DNA of 64,000 nucleotides from contig CAWDTA010000003.1 of assembly GCA_963805085.1 (NCBI GenBank), positions 312,924 through 376,923 on the forward strand, written 5' to 3'. This DNA comes from an uncultured Veillonellaceae bacterium (GTDB taxonomy: Bacteria; Bacillota; Negativicutes; JARBTT01). Below the pieces are notes generated by a model. That model made no database searches. It worked only from the letters and a program-made list of their open reading frames with translations, and was not told the DNA's origin. Numbering within the stretch: position 1 is the first letter of the stretch; every line of letters starts with the position of its first letter. A program made the translations under genes and the position numbers. Positions 17,996 through 26,642 of this stretch are shown here, one piece after another.

Positions 17996-20125
17996 TTGAG
18001 ATTATATATTGCCGAAAAACCTAGTATGGGAGCGGAAATAGCCAAATGCTTAACAGGTCCGGTCACGAGAAAAGATGGGTATCTAGTAACGAAAGATGGC
18101 GTTGTGACTTGGGGCTTTGGCCATATTTTAAGACAAGCCGAGCCAAATGAGTATGACAGTAAATATCAGAAATGGCGGATGGAAGACTTGCCGATTATCC
18201 CTGAGGATTGGAAGCTACTGATTGATAAATCCTGCGAAAAGCAGTTTTATATTATAAAAGGTTTAATTGATCAAGCGACAGAAATCGTTCACGCAGGTGA
18301 CCCGGATAGAGAGGGTCAACTGTTAATCGATGAAGTATTGGACTATCTTGGCAATGCCAAACCAGTCAAACGTATTTTACTAAATGCGTTGGATGAAAAA
18401 AGTATCAAGAAAGCAATTGGTAGTTTACGTGATAATCAAGAATTTTTGAATTTGAAGCAATCCGCTTTAGCCAGAGCAAGGGCGGATTGGCTTATCGGGA
18501 TGAACTTATCGAGGGCGTATACCCTTGCGGCGCAACGCGCTGGACATCGAGTTACGTTGCCGATTGGCAGGGTAAAGACACCGACACTTGCTTTGGTCGT
18601 GAGACGTGAGCGCGAACTTGAAAATTTTGTGCCAGTTGATTATTTTACGATGAAAGCTGATTTTGAACATGTGAATGGGTCGGTAACTACCAATTGGAAG
18701 CCAAAGGATGAGCAAATCGGGCTGGACAGTGAAGGACGGTTGCTAGATAAAAGCATTGCTGAAAGCTTAGTGCAAAAATTTAGTGATGGCGATGAGCTTA
18801 GCGGTAAGGTTGTTTTATACGAAACAGTAGAGAAAAAAGAGCCACAACGGTTACCTTTTTCCTTATCAGCTCTGCAAGTGCTGGCAGGTAAACGATTTGG
18901 TTATGAACCACAACAAGTGCTCGATACCGCACAGAGATTATATGAGAAGAAAATAACGACATATCCTCGTTCTGATTGCGATTTTTTGCCACAAAATCAA
19001 TTTGAGGATGCAAACATCATCTTAACAAATTTAACGCAAATTGCGGATGCAAAACTTGCCCAATGGGCCACGCAAGCGAATCCAAAAATCAAAAGCAGAG
19101 CCTGGAATGATAAAAAGATTTCAGCCCATCATGCGATTATTCCTACGCAAGAAAAATGCAATATGCAAGCCTTGTCAGAGATAGAAAAGAATATTTACTT
19201 TTTAATTGCGCAAGCTTATATTACGCAATTTTATTCAGTTCATATTTATGATCAGACAAAAATTGAAATTAATTATAAGCAAGAGACCTTTGTAACGAGC
19301 GGGCGGGTATTGAAACAAGTAGGTTGGAAAGAAGTTTATGGTGCAGAGCCAGATGATAAGAAGGAAGAAGCACAAGAAGCTTTACCAGCGATGAAAAAAG
19401 GCGATACGGTTGATTACGTATCAGCCAAGATTGAAAATAAAGCAACCAAACCGCCAGTTAGATTTACGGCGGCAACGCTGCTCGCAGCAATGAAGGAAAT
19501 TCATAAATATGTGAAGAATCCCGAGTCAAAGAAGAAACTAAAAGATGTATATGGCATCGGTACTGAGGCGACACGGGCGACTATTATCAAAGAGTTGATG
19601 ACACGTGGGTTCTTAGTCAATGAAGCCAAGAAAAAAAATCTGATTCCAACGGAAGCTGCCTATCTGCTCATCGATGCTTTGCCAGATGAAATGACCTATC
19701 CAGATTCTACCGCGATTTGGGAGAATAACCTGCATTTAATGGTAGAAGGGGATGCCGAACTGGAACAGTTCCTAAGTGAACAAATTGCTTTTACAAAGTT
19801 ACTATGCCAAAAGGCGAATGATAGTAATTTACCACTCAATGGAGATCATCAATGTCCCCGTTGTCAAAAGGGTGTAATGCAACTGAAAAATGGCAAGAAT
19901 GGCGCCTTTTGGGGTTGTTCTAATTTTCCGCGTTGCCGTGCTACGAGTGATGATGATAATGGGAAACCAAAAGAAATGCCAAAACTCGAACTTTGCCCAC
20001 GTTGTAAACAAGGCAGTTTGCGGATGATTAACGGAAAAAATGGCGCTTTTTGGGGTTGTACGAATTATCCGTCTTGTATGGCTACGTTTAATGATCAAGA
20101 TGGCAAACCTAATTTGGGAAACTAA
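17996..20125 (+). CDS. topB: DNA topoisomerase III with two C-terminal Zn ribbons
   Basis: IAEKPS, AGDPDREGQ Toprim, GRVKTP, TYPRSD active Tyr; two CPRC...FWGC..(F/Y)P.C repeats; TTG start. Confidence 0.93.
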   Translation: MRLYIAEKPSMGAEIAKCLTGPVTRKDGYLVTKDGVVTWGFGHILRQAEPNEYDSKYQKWRMEDLPIIPEDWKLLIDKSCEKQFYIIKGLIDQATEIVHAGDPDREGQLLIDEVLDYLGNAKPVKRILLNALDEKSIKKAIGSLRDNQEFLNLKQSALARARADWLIGMNLSRAYTLAAQRAGHRVTLPIGRVKTPTLALVVRRERELENFVPVDYFTMKADFEHVNGSVTTNWKPKDEQIGLDSEGRLLDKSIAESLVQKFSDGDELSGKVVLYETVEKKEPQRLPFSLSALQVLAGKRFGYEPQQVLDTAQRLYEKKITTYPRSDCDFLPQNQFEDANIILTNLTQIADAKLAQWATQANPKIKSRAWNDKKISAHHAIIPTQEKCNMQALSEIEKNIYFLIAQAYITQFYSVHIYDQTKIEINYKQETFVTSGRVLKQVGWKEVYGAEPDDKKEEAQEALPAMKKGDTVDYVSAKIENKATKPPVRFTAATLLAAMKEIHKYVKNPESKKKLKDVYGIGTEATRATIIKELMTRGFLVNEAKKKNLIPTEAAYLLIDALPDEMTYPDSTAIWENNLHLMVEGDAELEQFLSEQIAFTKLLCQKANDSNLPLNGDHQCPRCQKGVMQLKNGKNGAFWGCSNFPRCRATSDDDNGKPKEMPKLELCPRCKQGSLRMINGKNGAFWGCTNYPSCMATFNDQDGKPNLGN

Positions 20126-20159
20126 AGAAGATCAATATAGGAATAAAAGGAGAAACAAC

Positions 20160-21392
20160 ATGAGCGAAAAATTTTTAAATCTAGGGATTCACGCTTACTT
20201 AGAACAATCCTTAGAGAAAATTGGTATCATCGAACCTACGCCGATTCAATATAAAGCGATTCCTGATGGTTTAGAAGGAAAAAATATCATTGGGCAATCA
20301 GCGACTGGGACTGGTAAAACTTTGGCGTATTTATTGCCAATTGTACAAAAAATAGATCTAACGAAACGTGATGTGCAAGCGGTAGTTATAGCACCGACCT
20401 ATGAACTTGCAATGCAAATTTATCATCAATTAGAAGTACTACTAAAAAATGCCGAGCTAAACATTACTTGCACTTCTTTAATTGGTGGTGCTAATATAGC
20501 AAGACAAATAGATAAATTAAAAACAAAACCACAGATTGTTGTTGGTTCTGCTGGGCGCATTGTTGAACTACAAAAAAAAGGTAAATTAAAATTACAAACC
20601 GTAAAATCGTTGGTATTAGATGAAGTCGATCGCTTATTGGATGATCAAAATTTAGCAACGGTAAGCAGTGTTGTGAAAAGTGTAGCGAGAGATTGTCAGC
20701 ATTTTTTGTTTTCAGCAACCATTTCGCCGCGTACGATTAATCGCGCAGAGTTTGTCAAAGAACCTAGTTTGATTAGCTTAAAAGATGATGTTGTGGCAAA
20801 GCCTAATATTGAACATTTGTATTTTATTGCTGATTATCGTGAAAAAATAGAGGTGCTACGCAAATTAACACGAATATTGAATGTAAATCGAGGTTTGGTT
20901 TTTGTGAATAAAAGTGATGATATTGTAACTACCTTAGAAAAATTGAAATTTCATGGCTTAAAAGTAGCTGGTTTAAATGGTAGTGCCAATAAACTAGAGC
21001 GTAAAAAAGCGATTGATGATTTTACCAAAGGTAAGGTACAACTCTTGGTTGCTTCCGATATTGCAGCGCGTGGACTAGATATTCCCGATATTGATTTTGT
21101 GATTAATATTGATTTGCCAGAGGATGAAAAAGTATACCTTCATCGCATCGGTCGTACTGGTAGGGCTGGTAAATTTGGCTGCGCCATTTCTTTGGTTGCG
21201 CCAAAAGAAGTGCTGAAATTGGGCGAGTATGCCAAGAAGATAAAAGTACAGCTATATCCGAAGAAAATGATCAATGGAAAAGTAATCGACTTTTTAAATA
21301 AACCAAATCCAACGCATAAAAATCCATTTATTAAGCCAAAGCAAGAAAAGAAAACGAATGAAAAAATAGTGCCAACGAATAAAAGGGTATAA
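20160..21392 (+). CDS. DEAD/DEAH-box RNA helicase
   Basis: PTPIQ, SATGTGKT, DEVD, SAT, ARGLD, HRIGRTGR; ATG 20160 after AAGGAG. Confidence 0.93.
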   Translation: MSEKFLNLGIHAYLEQSLEKIGIIEPTPIQYKAIPDGLEGKNIIGQSATGTGKTLAYLLPIVQKIDLTKRDVQAVVIAPTYELAMQIYHQLEVLLKNAELNITCTSLIGGANIARQIDKLKTKPQIVVGSAGRIVELQKKGKLKLQTVKSLVLDEVDRLLDDQNLATVSSVVKSVARDCQHFLFSATISPRTINRAEFVKEPSLISLKDDVVAKPNIEHLYFIADYREKIEVLRKLTRILNVNRGLVFVNKSDDIVTTLEKLKFHGLKVAGLNGSANKLERKKAIDDFTKGKVQLLVASDIAARGLDIPDIDFVINIDLPEDEKVYLHRIGRTGRAGKFGCAISLVAPKEVLKLGEYAKKIKVQLYPKKMINGKVIDFLNKPNPTHKNPFIKPKQEKKTNEKIVPTNKRV

Positions 21393-21441
21393 CAATAGTA
21401 GTGGTAACGATACTATAACTATATGGTAGTAGGAATTACTT

Positions 21442-21573
21442 TTGTCCGATGACTAACCCGCTCTAGAACTCCCGCTTATGCAAGCGGTGGGTAAAGAGCA
21501 GCTAAGTCCTTGGATAATTTCGACTAGAATTCAGGCAGCGTTAAAACGCTGTCTGAATTAAGTCTCCATTTAT
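21442..21573. repeat. Multi-hairpin intergenic element, probable non-autonomous palindromic repeat
   Basis: Nested stems GCTCT..CCCGCTT-ATGC-AAGCGG..AGAGC and ATTCAGGCAGCGTT-AA-AACGCTGTCTGAAT; GC-rich in AT-rich spacer; single copy in window. Confidence 0.5.
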
Positions 21574-21615
21574 GATGTTATTGAATTTAGGAGGTGAACT
21601 TATTATTCATTTTAT

Positions 21616-23028
21616 ATGAGTAATAAGAAGTTTTTGGAGTCTACATCAGTAGTGCTTAATTTATTTTTTGTTTTTATATTAGTATTACTTAACGGTTTTT
21701 TTGTTGCTACCGAATTTGCAATTGTAAAAGTGCGTTCTTCTCGTATAGATACATTAGTCCAAGAGGGGAATAATAAAGCGAAGTTTGCCAAAAAATTAGT
21801 AGATAATTTAGATGCATTTTTATCCGTAACGCAGCTTGGTATTACACTAGCATCGCTTGGCCTTGGCTGGATTGGTGAGCCGGCAGTCGCAAGATTAATC
21901 CATCCATTAATTATCGCTTCAGGAATATCAGCTGAGATTGGGCATACAATATCCTTTGCAATCGGCTTCTCTTTTATTACGGCCTTGCATATTATTTTAG
22001 GAGAATTGGCGCCGAAATCACTGGCGATTCAAAAAGCAGAGGCGGTAGTATTAATTACGGCAGTACCAATGATTACATTTTATAAAATTATGTATCCGAT
22101 TGTATGGTTCTTAAATCATATTGCGAGCTGGATTTTAGAATTGGCGGGGATTCGGGTTGCCAGTGGAGGCGAAATGGCGCATACAGAAGAAGAAATTCGT
22201 ATTTTAATGGAAGAAAGTCATAAACAAGGTTTTATAGATAAAACGGAATTGATGTTTGTAGACAATATTTTTGATTTTGCAGAACGTAACGTTCGTGAAG
22301 TTATGATTCCGCGTACCGATATGATTTGTTTATATGCCGAAGATTCCTTTGAGGATAATGTGAAAATTGCGTTAGAAGAACATTTGACCCGTTATCCGAT
22401 TTGTGATCAAGATAAAGATAATATTATTGGTTTTTTACACATCAAAGATTTGCTGCGTTCTTTTTCTAGCGGTCAAAAACCCGATATTCGTGCCTTAGCC
22501 AGAAAAGTAATTGCTGTACCAGAGTCGATGCCACTCAGTAACTTGTTAAAAATGCTGCAAAAACAGCGAGAACAGATTGCAATCGTTGTCGATGAATATG
22601 GCGGAACGGCAGGAATGGTAACGGTAGAGGATATCTTAGAAGAAATTGTAGGCGAAATTCAGGATGAATTTGATGAAGAGCGTCCATTTATAGAAAATCG
22701 ACCGGATAACATGTATTCCGTTGATGCACGTCTTCTATTAGAAGAAATTAATGATGTATTAGAAATGGATCTTGATTCGGAAAGTTTTGATACCATTGGT
22801 GGCTGGTTGTACTCACAAATAGAAATGCCACCATCCATCGATGAAAAGGTCGTTTATAAGGGTGATGAATTTATCGTTGAAGAGGTAGATAATGTCCGTA
22901 TCACTCGTGTTTTAATCAAAGTGAACCATCAATTATCGGAAGAACATGAAGAGTTAGAAGAACTTAAAGAGAAGAGTGCCGAGTTTATAAGAACAGAGCC
23001 TGAAAAAAATGATAAAGAAATAAGTTAG
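21616..23028 (+). CDS. Hemolysin-family CNNM/CBS/CorC protein (Mg/Co transport related)
   Basis: NGFFVATEFA, QLGITLASLGLGWIGEP, CBS pair, VDEYGGTAG, CorC_HlyC FDTIGGW. Confidence 0.93.
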   Translation: MSNKKFLESTSVVLNLFFVFILVLLNGFFVATEFAIVKVRSSRIDTLVQEGNNKAKFAKKLVDNLDAFLSVTQLGITLASLGLGWIGEPAVARLIHPLIIASGISAEIGHTISFAIGFSFITALHIILGELAPKSLAIQKAEAVVLITAVPMITFYKIMYPIVWFLNHIASWILELAGIRVASGGEMAHTEEEIRILMEESHKQGFIDKTELMFVDNIFDFAERNVREVMIPRTDMICLYAEDSFEDNVKIALEEHLTRYPICDQDKDNIIGFLHIKDLLRSFSSGQKPDIRALARKVIAVPESMPLSNLLKMLQKQREQIAIVVDEYGGTAGMVTVEDILEEIVGEIQDEFDEERPFIENRPDNMYSVDARLLLEEINDVLEMDLDSESFDTIGGWLYSQIEMPPSIDEKVVYKGDEFIVEEVDNVRITRVLIKVNHQLSEEHEELEELKEKSAEFIRTEPEKNDKEIS

Positions 23029-23067
23029 TGAATAAAAAGAAAACTAGACAACTACGTTTGTAGAAGT

Positions 23068-23259
23068 CTAGTTTTTTTTTGCATGTTGGATTTCAAGTTC
23101 GTTGATGAAATCGAGTGTTTTCATTCTGCTAGTGAGTTCATTTTTGGTAATGATTTTTTTTTCGCAAAGAAGTTCAACAAAACTTGCGAGTATCAACGTA
23201 GTTTTATAATCGACTTCTTTTAGGTCAGCAATTTGTCCGATCAAATCTATTTCTGTCAT
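23068..23259 (-). CDS. Small hypothetical protein (63 aa)
   Basis: MTEIDLIGQIADLKEVDYKTTL...ELLCEKKIITKNEL after RBS AAGGGGG; upstream extension in the ORF track is AT-rich and likely spurious. Confidence 0.7.
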   Translation of the reverse strand: MTEIDLIGQIADLKEVDYKTTLILASFVELLCEKKIITKNELTSRMKTLDFINELEIQHAKKN

Positions 23260-23917
23260 GATTGATAAGAGCCCCCTTTTGCTTTCATTATATCCAAAAA
23301 TTTCAGAAAGCATTCTTATTGTAACAGCGTACACAAAAAAACAATACAGATTATTTATGAAAAGATTAGTTATATTTATACATAATGCAACTGTTAAAAA
23401 AGAAAAAATAATGATTATGATACTATAATTATAATTAATAGTAATTGTTTCCATATATGTTCGGAATTTATTATATAACTATGTACTTTGTAGGAATTAA
23501 ATTGTATAATAGAGTCAAATAGTAGAGTGCAAATACTGGCAATGGTTATATTAACTATTGTAACTTCATAGGCCGAATTTAAGCATATTGATTTTGCTGA
23601 TGGGATATTTTATAGAATTGCTATGTATAAATATCCAAAATCAGCAGTTGTCTTAAATGATCAATGTGTTTAGTTTTATGCAATCTCCTAAATATTGCTA
23701 TTGTTTTCATAAAGATAGCATCGTGTATTGCAATCATAATTTTATATGAAACGGGAGTTGCTTTATGTAGTAGCAATATGATGTGCTAGTGGAATTTGGC
23801 TTAGTCAATTGTGCTAAACTATTAGGTGTACTAAGGTGTTTAAGTGAATCGTTGTTGTTTACAGGGTGGAAATTTCACTTTAGATTGCTTAACATTTAAT
23901 TTTATATGTATTAGAGA

Positions 23918-25192
23918 TTGGGGGAGATTACTATTAAAAGTTATCAAGCAAAAGAATTGAGTGAGATCATTCAGATCGACCCAAATGTTTGCAAAGGCTG
24001 CGATTCTTGTAAGTCTTTTTGTCCGACTGGTGCGATTACTGGCCAATATGGTGCTACTCACAAAATTGATGGTTCAAAATGTCTGCAATGTGGGCAATGT
24101 CTAGTGAACTGTCCATTTGGTGCGATTAAGGATACTGTTGATCCAGTAGAAGTGATTGAGCAAAAATTAAAAGACAAGAAAATAACAGTTGTTGCAACCA
24201 TGGCTCCTGCAGTACGTGTAGCTCTTGGTGAAGAGTTTGGTATGGAACCAGGTACGATTGTTACTGAGCAAATGTATGGTGCACTTAAAAAATTAGGTTT
24301 CAAAGTAATCGATACGAACTATGCGGCAGACAATACAATTATGGAAGAAGGCAGTGAGCTAATTGCTAAAATTAGACACTATGTTTTAGGAGAACCTACA
24401 GAACATCACTTAGGTGCGCTTCCACAATTCACTTCTTGCTGTCCAGCATGGGTACGTTTCGTTGAATTAGAGTACCCAGATTTGATTCCGAACTTATCTT
24501 CAGCAAAATCTCCAATGCAAATGGCTGGTCCAGTTGCAAAAACCTATGGTGCAACAAATGTTTGGAATACAGAACCTGAAAATATTTTTGTTGTTGGAAT
24601 TATGCCTTGTACAGCAAAAAAATTAGAGGCTTCTCGTCCAGAATTTAATAGTGCAGCTACTTATTGGAAGACCAAAGGTAGAACTGCTGACTATCCTGAT
24701 ATCGATACTGTAATTACAACAAGAGATCTAGCGCGTATGATCAAAAGAGCTGGGATTGATTTAAAAACAGTAGAACCATTTGCTGATAGTGATAATCCGT
24801 TAGCAGAATACACTGGTGCAGGTACGATCTTTGGTGTTACTGGTGGCGTTATGGAAGCGGCACTTAGAACGGCTTATTTTGTAATTACTGGTACAGAATT
24901 AGCAGGTATCGATTATAAACCAGCTCGTGGTCTGCAAGGTGTAAAAACCGCTGAGGTTCCAATGAAAGATGCGAAAACTGGTAAAGAAATCGTGCTTAAA
25001 ATTGCCATTGCTCATGGTACCAAGAATAATGTTAGACCACTTCTTGAAGAAATTAGAGCAGGCAAGTCTCCATACCATTTCATTGAAGTTATGAATTGTC
25101 CAGGTGGTTGCGTAAACGGCGGTGGACAACCGATTAATCCAATGGGAACATCTTGGCTTGGAAAAACAAAAGCTATATTCCCATGGTCGTAA
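23918..25192 (+). CDS. hydA: [FeFe]-hydrogenase large subunit (2x[4Fe-4S] plus H-cluster)
   Basis: CxxCxxCxxxCP twice; L1 FTSCCPAW, L2 MPCTAKKLE, L3 EVMNCPGGCVNGGGQP; start uncertain (TTG 23918 or ATT 23933). Confidence 0.93.
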   Translation: MGEITIKSYQAKELSEIIQIDPNVCKGCDSCKSFCPTGAITGQYGATHKIDGSKCLQCGQCLVNCPFGAIKDTVDPVEVIEQKLKDKKITVVATMAPAVRVALGEEFGMEPGTIVTEQMYGALKKLGFKVIDTNYAADNTIMEEGSELIAKIRHYVLGEPTEHHLGALPQFTSCCPAWVRFVELEYPDLIPNLSSAKSPMQMAGPVAKTYGATNVWNTEPENIFVVGIMPCTAKKLEASRPEFNSAATYWKTKGRTADYPDIDTVITTRDLARMIKRAGIDLKTVEPFADSDNPLAEYTGAGTIFGVTGGVMEAALRTAYFVITGTELAGIDYKPARGLQGVKTAEVPMKDAKTGKEIVLKIAIAHGTKNNVRPLLEEIRAGKSPYHFIEVMNCPGGCVNGGGQPINPMGTSWLGKTKAIFPWS

Positions 25193-25208
25193 GGAGGAGT
25201 AATAGATA

Positions 25209-25520
25209 ATGGCAAATTATAATTATGTTGAAAAAGCAGTTCAAGTTACTCGTCGTGAATTTGTTGCATTAACTGGTGTTGCTGCTGCGGTTCTTTGGAC
25301 AGGGGCTTATGCTGTTACAGATATGGTACAAGATCGTAACAAATATATTAAAATGCGTACAGCAGGTCTTTATAAAGACGATGTAAACTCTAAAAAACGT
25401 CAAAGCCATCAGAATGCAGGCTTACAAGATATGTATGATAAATTAGCTGGCAGACCACTTAGTGATGTGTCTGAACATTTATTCCATACAAAATACGTTG
25501 ATAGAACAAAAATTGGTTAA
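25209..25520 (+). CDS. hydB: [FeFe]-hydrogenase small subunit with Tat signal
   Basis: TRREFV twin-arginine plus hydrophobic stretch; RxxGLY..D, RQSHQN, HLFHTKY. Confidence 0.9.
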   Translation: MANYNYVEKAVQVTRREFVALTGVAAAVLWTGAYAVTDMVQDRNKYIKMRTAGLYKDDVNSKKRQSHQNAGLQDMYDKLAGRPLSDVSEHLFHTKYVDRTKIG

Positions 25521-25550
25521 TCTAAAAATGAAATAAAGGGGGCCGTCTTG

Positions 25551-26219
25551 ATGGCACATGATGGATATGATGACAATGCAATCGTGCTTAAACATAGTTT
25601 AAGTACCCGCATATTTCACTGGGGTTTGATTTTAGGCTTTTTGCCTGCTGCGTTAACGGGAATTATTATTTGGTTAAAACCAGGTAGTGAAGATTTAGTT
25701 GGCCTAGCGATGAAAATACACATCGTAGGTGCATGGATTTTATCGATCTCTTGCGTTTATTTCTTTCTGTTCTGTTATAAACGTGTCGTAGCATTTTGGC
25801 GAACCGCGTTTAACTGGACAGCGGATGATATTAAATGGATGTCAGTTTCAGGTGGTTATCCGCATAAAATTTTCTTAGGTAAAACAATTCCAGTACCGCC
25901 AATGGGCAAAATGAACTCTGGTCAAAAGATGCTTGGTATTATGGTGTTTTTTGGTACTCTTGTTGTAATTGTAAGTGGTTGGCTTTTATATGCGTTCCTT
26001 CCAATGGTTCCAAAGGAAATCGCACATTATGCAGATTTACTTCATTTATTTGTTGGCCTTTTCTTAACATTAGCAATTATCTGTGGACATATCGTTCTTA
26101 GTGTTTACAACTGGGGCGAATGTGTATGTATGTTTGGTGACGGAACAATGAAAGTTTCTGAAGCTGCACATCACAATGAATTATGGGTGAAAAACGAAAT
26201 CGAACCTGTAAAAAAATAA
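25551..26219 (+). CDS. Membrane cytochrome b subunit (FdnI/HydC type)
   Basis: RIFHW, KIH, KMNSGQK, LLH, GHI heme-ligand pattern over 4 TM helices. Confidence 0.88.
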   Translation: MAHDGYDDNAIVLKHSLSTRIFHWGLILGFLPAALTGIIIWLKPGSEDLVGLAMKIHIVGAWILSISCVYFFLFCYKRVVAFWRTAFNWTADDIKWMSVSGGYPHKIFLGKTIPVPPMGKMNSGQKMLGIMVFFGTLVVIVSGWLLYAFLPMVPKEIAHYADLLHLFVGLFLTLAIICGHIVLSVYNWGECVCMFGDGTMKVSEAAHHNELWVKNEIEPVKK

Positions 26220-26249
26220 GTTGAGCTAGTTGGCTTAACGCTAAATCGC

Positions 26250-26484
26250 CAGTAGACAAACAATGGACAGAAAGGCCGCGGGTCGGCGATAAGCACTCAT
26301 CTGCGTCGTTACAGTAAGGTACTGCTCGTCGACGTACGAAAGTACGACTCCTCGCACTCCCTTACTATGCCTAGCATCTGAGTACTTCTCACCAACCGGC
26401 AGCCTATCTTCGTACTAGTTTATAAGTGGAACGGATTTAGATGTTTTCTAAATCATTGACACAAATGTTTTATTTTGTCGACAG
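26250..26484 (-). repeat. Structured intergenic repeat/MITE-like element, copy 1
   Basis: 26252-26461 is a close reverse complement of 35965-36175; bounded by CAGTAGACAAA...TTTGTCGACAG imperfect inverted repeats. Confidence 0.85.
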
Positions 26485-26487
26485 CAT

Positions 26488-26537
26488 GAAATCGCCTGTT
26501 TATGAGTAGTATATTCATAAACAGGCGATTTCTTTTT
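26488..26537 (+). terminator. Intrinsic terminator after hydrogenase operon
   Basis: GAAATCGCCTGTTTATGA/TCATAAACAGGCGATTTC plus T-run. Confidence 0.75.
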
Positions 26538-26642
26538 ATCATATAAAGGGTTATTGCTTGCAAATGCTGAATAAGTAGAATAAAGAAGTTTATGATAAGA
26601 AATAGGCTCCTAGATGTAAATTTTAAAAATGGGGATACGGGT

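Noticed and set aside
19850-20115. Internal DNA repeat in topB
   Set aside because: Explained by duplicated Zn-ribbon domains typical of type IA topoisomerases; no mobile-element context
23260-23454. N-terminal extension of the 128-aa minus ORF
   Set aside because: AT-rich low-complexity sequence; RBS supports start at 23259
23530-23820. Recurring TTGCTA/TAGCAA words and TGGC motifs upstream of hydrogenase
   Set aside because: Inconsistent spacing, no GG-N10-GC sigma54 geometry; not distinguishable from background by eye
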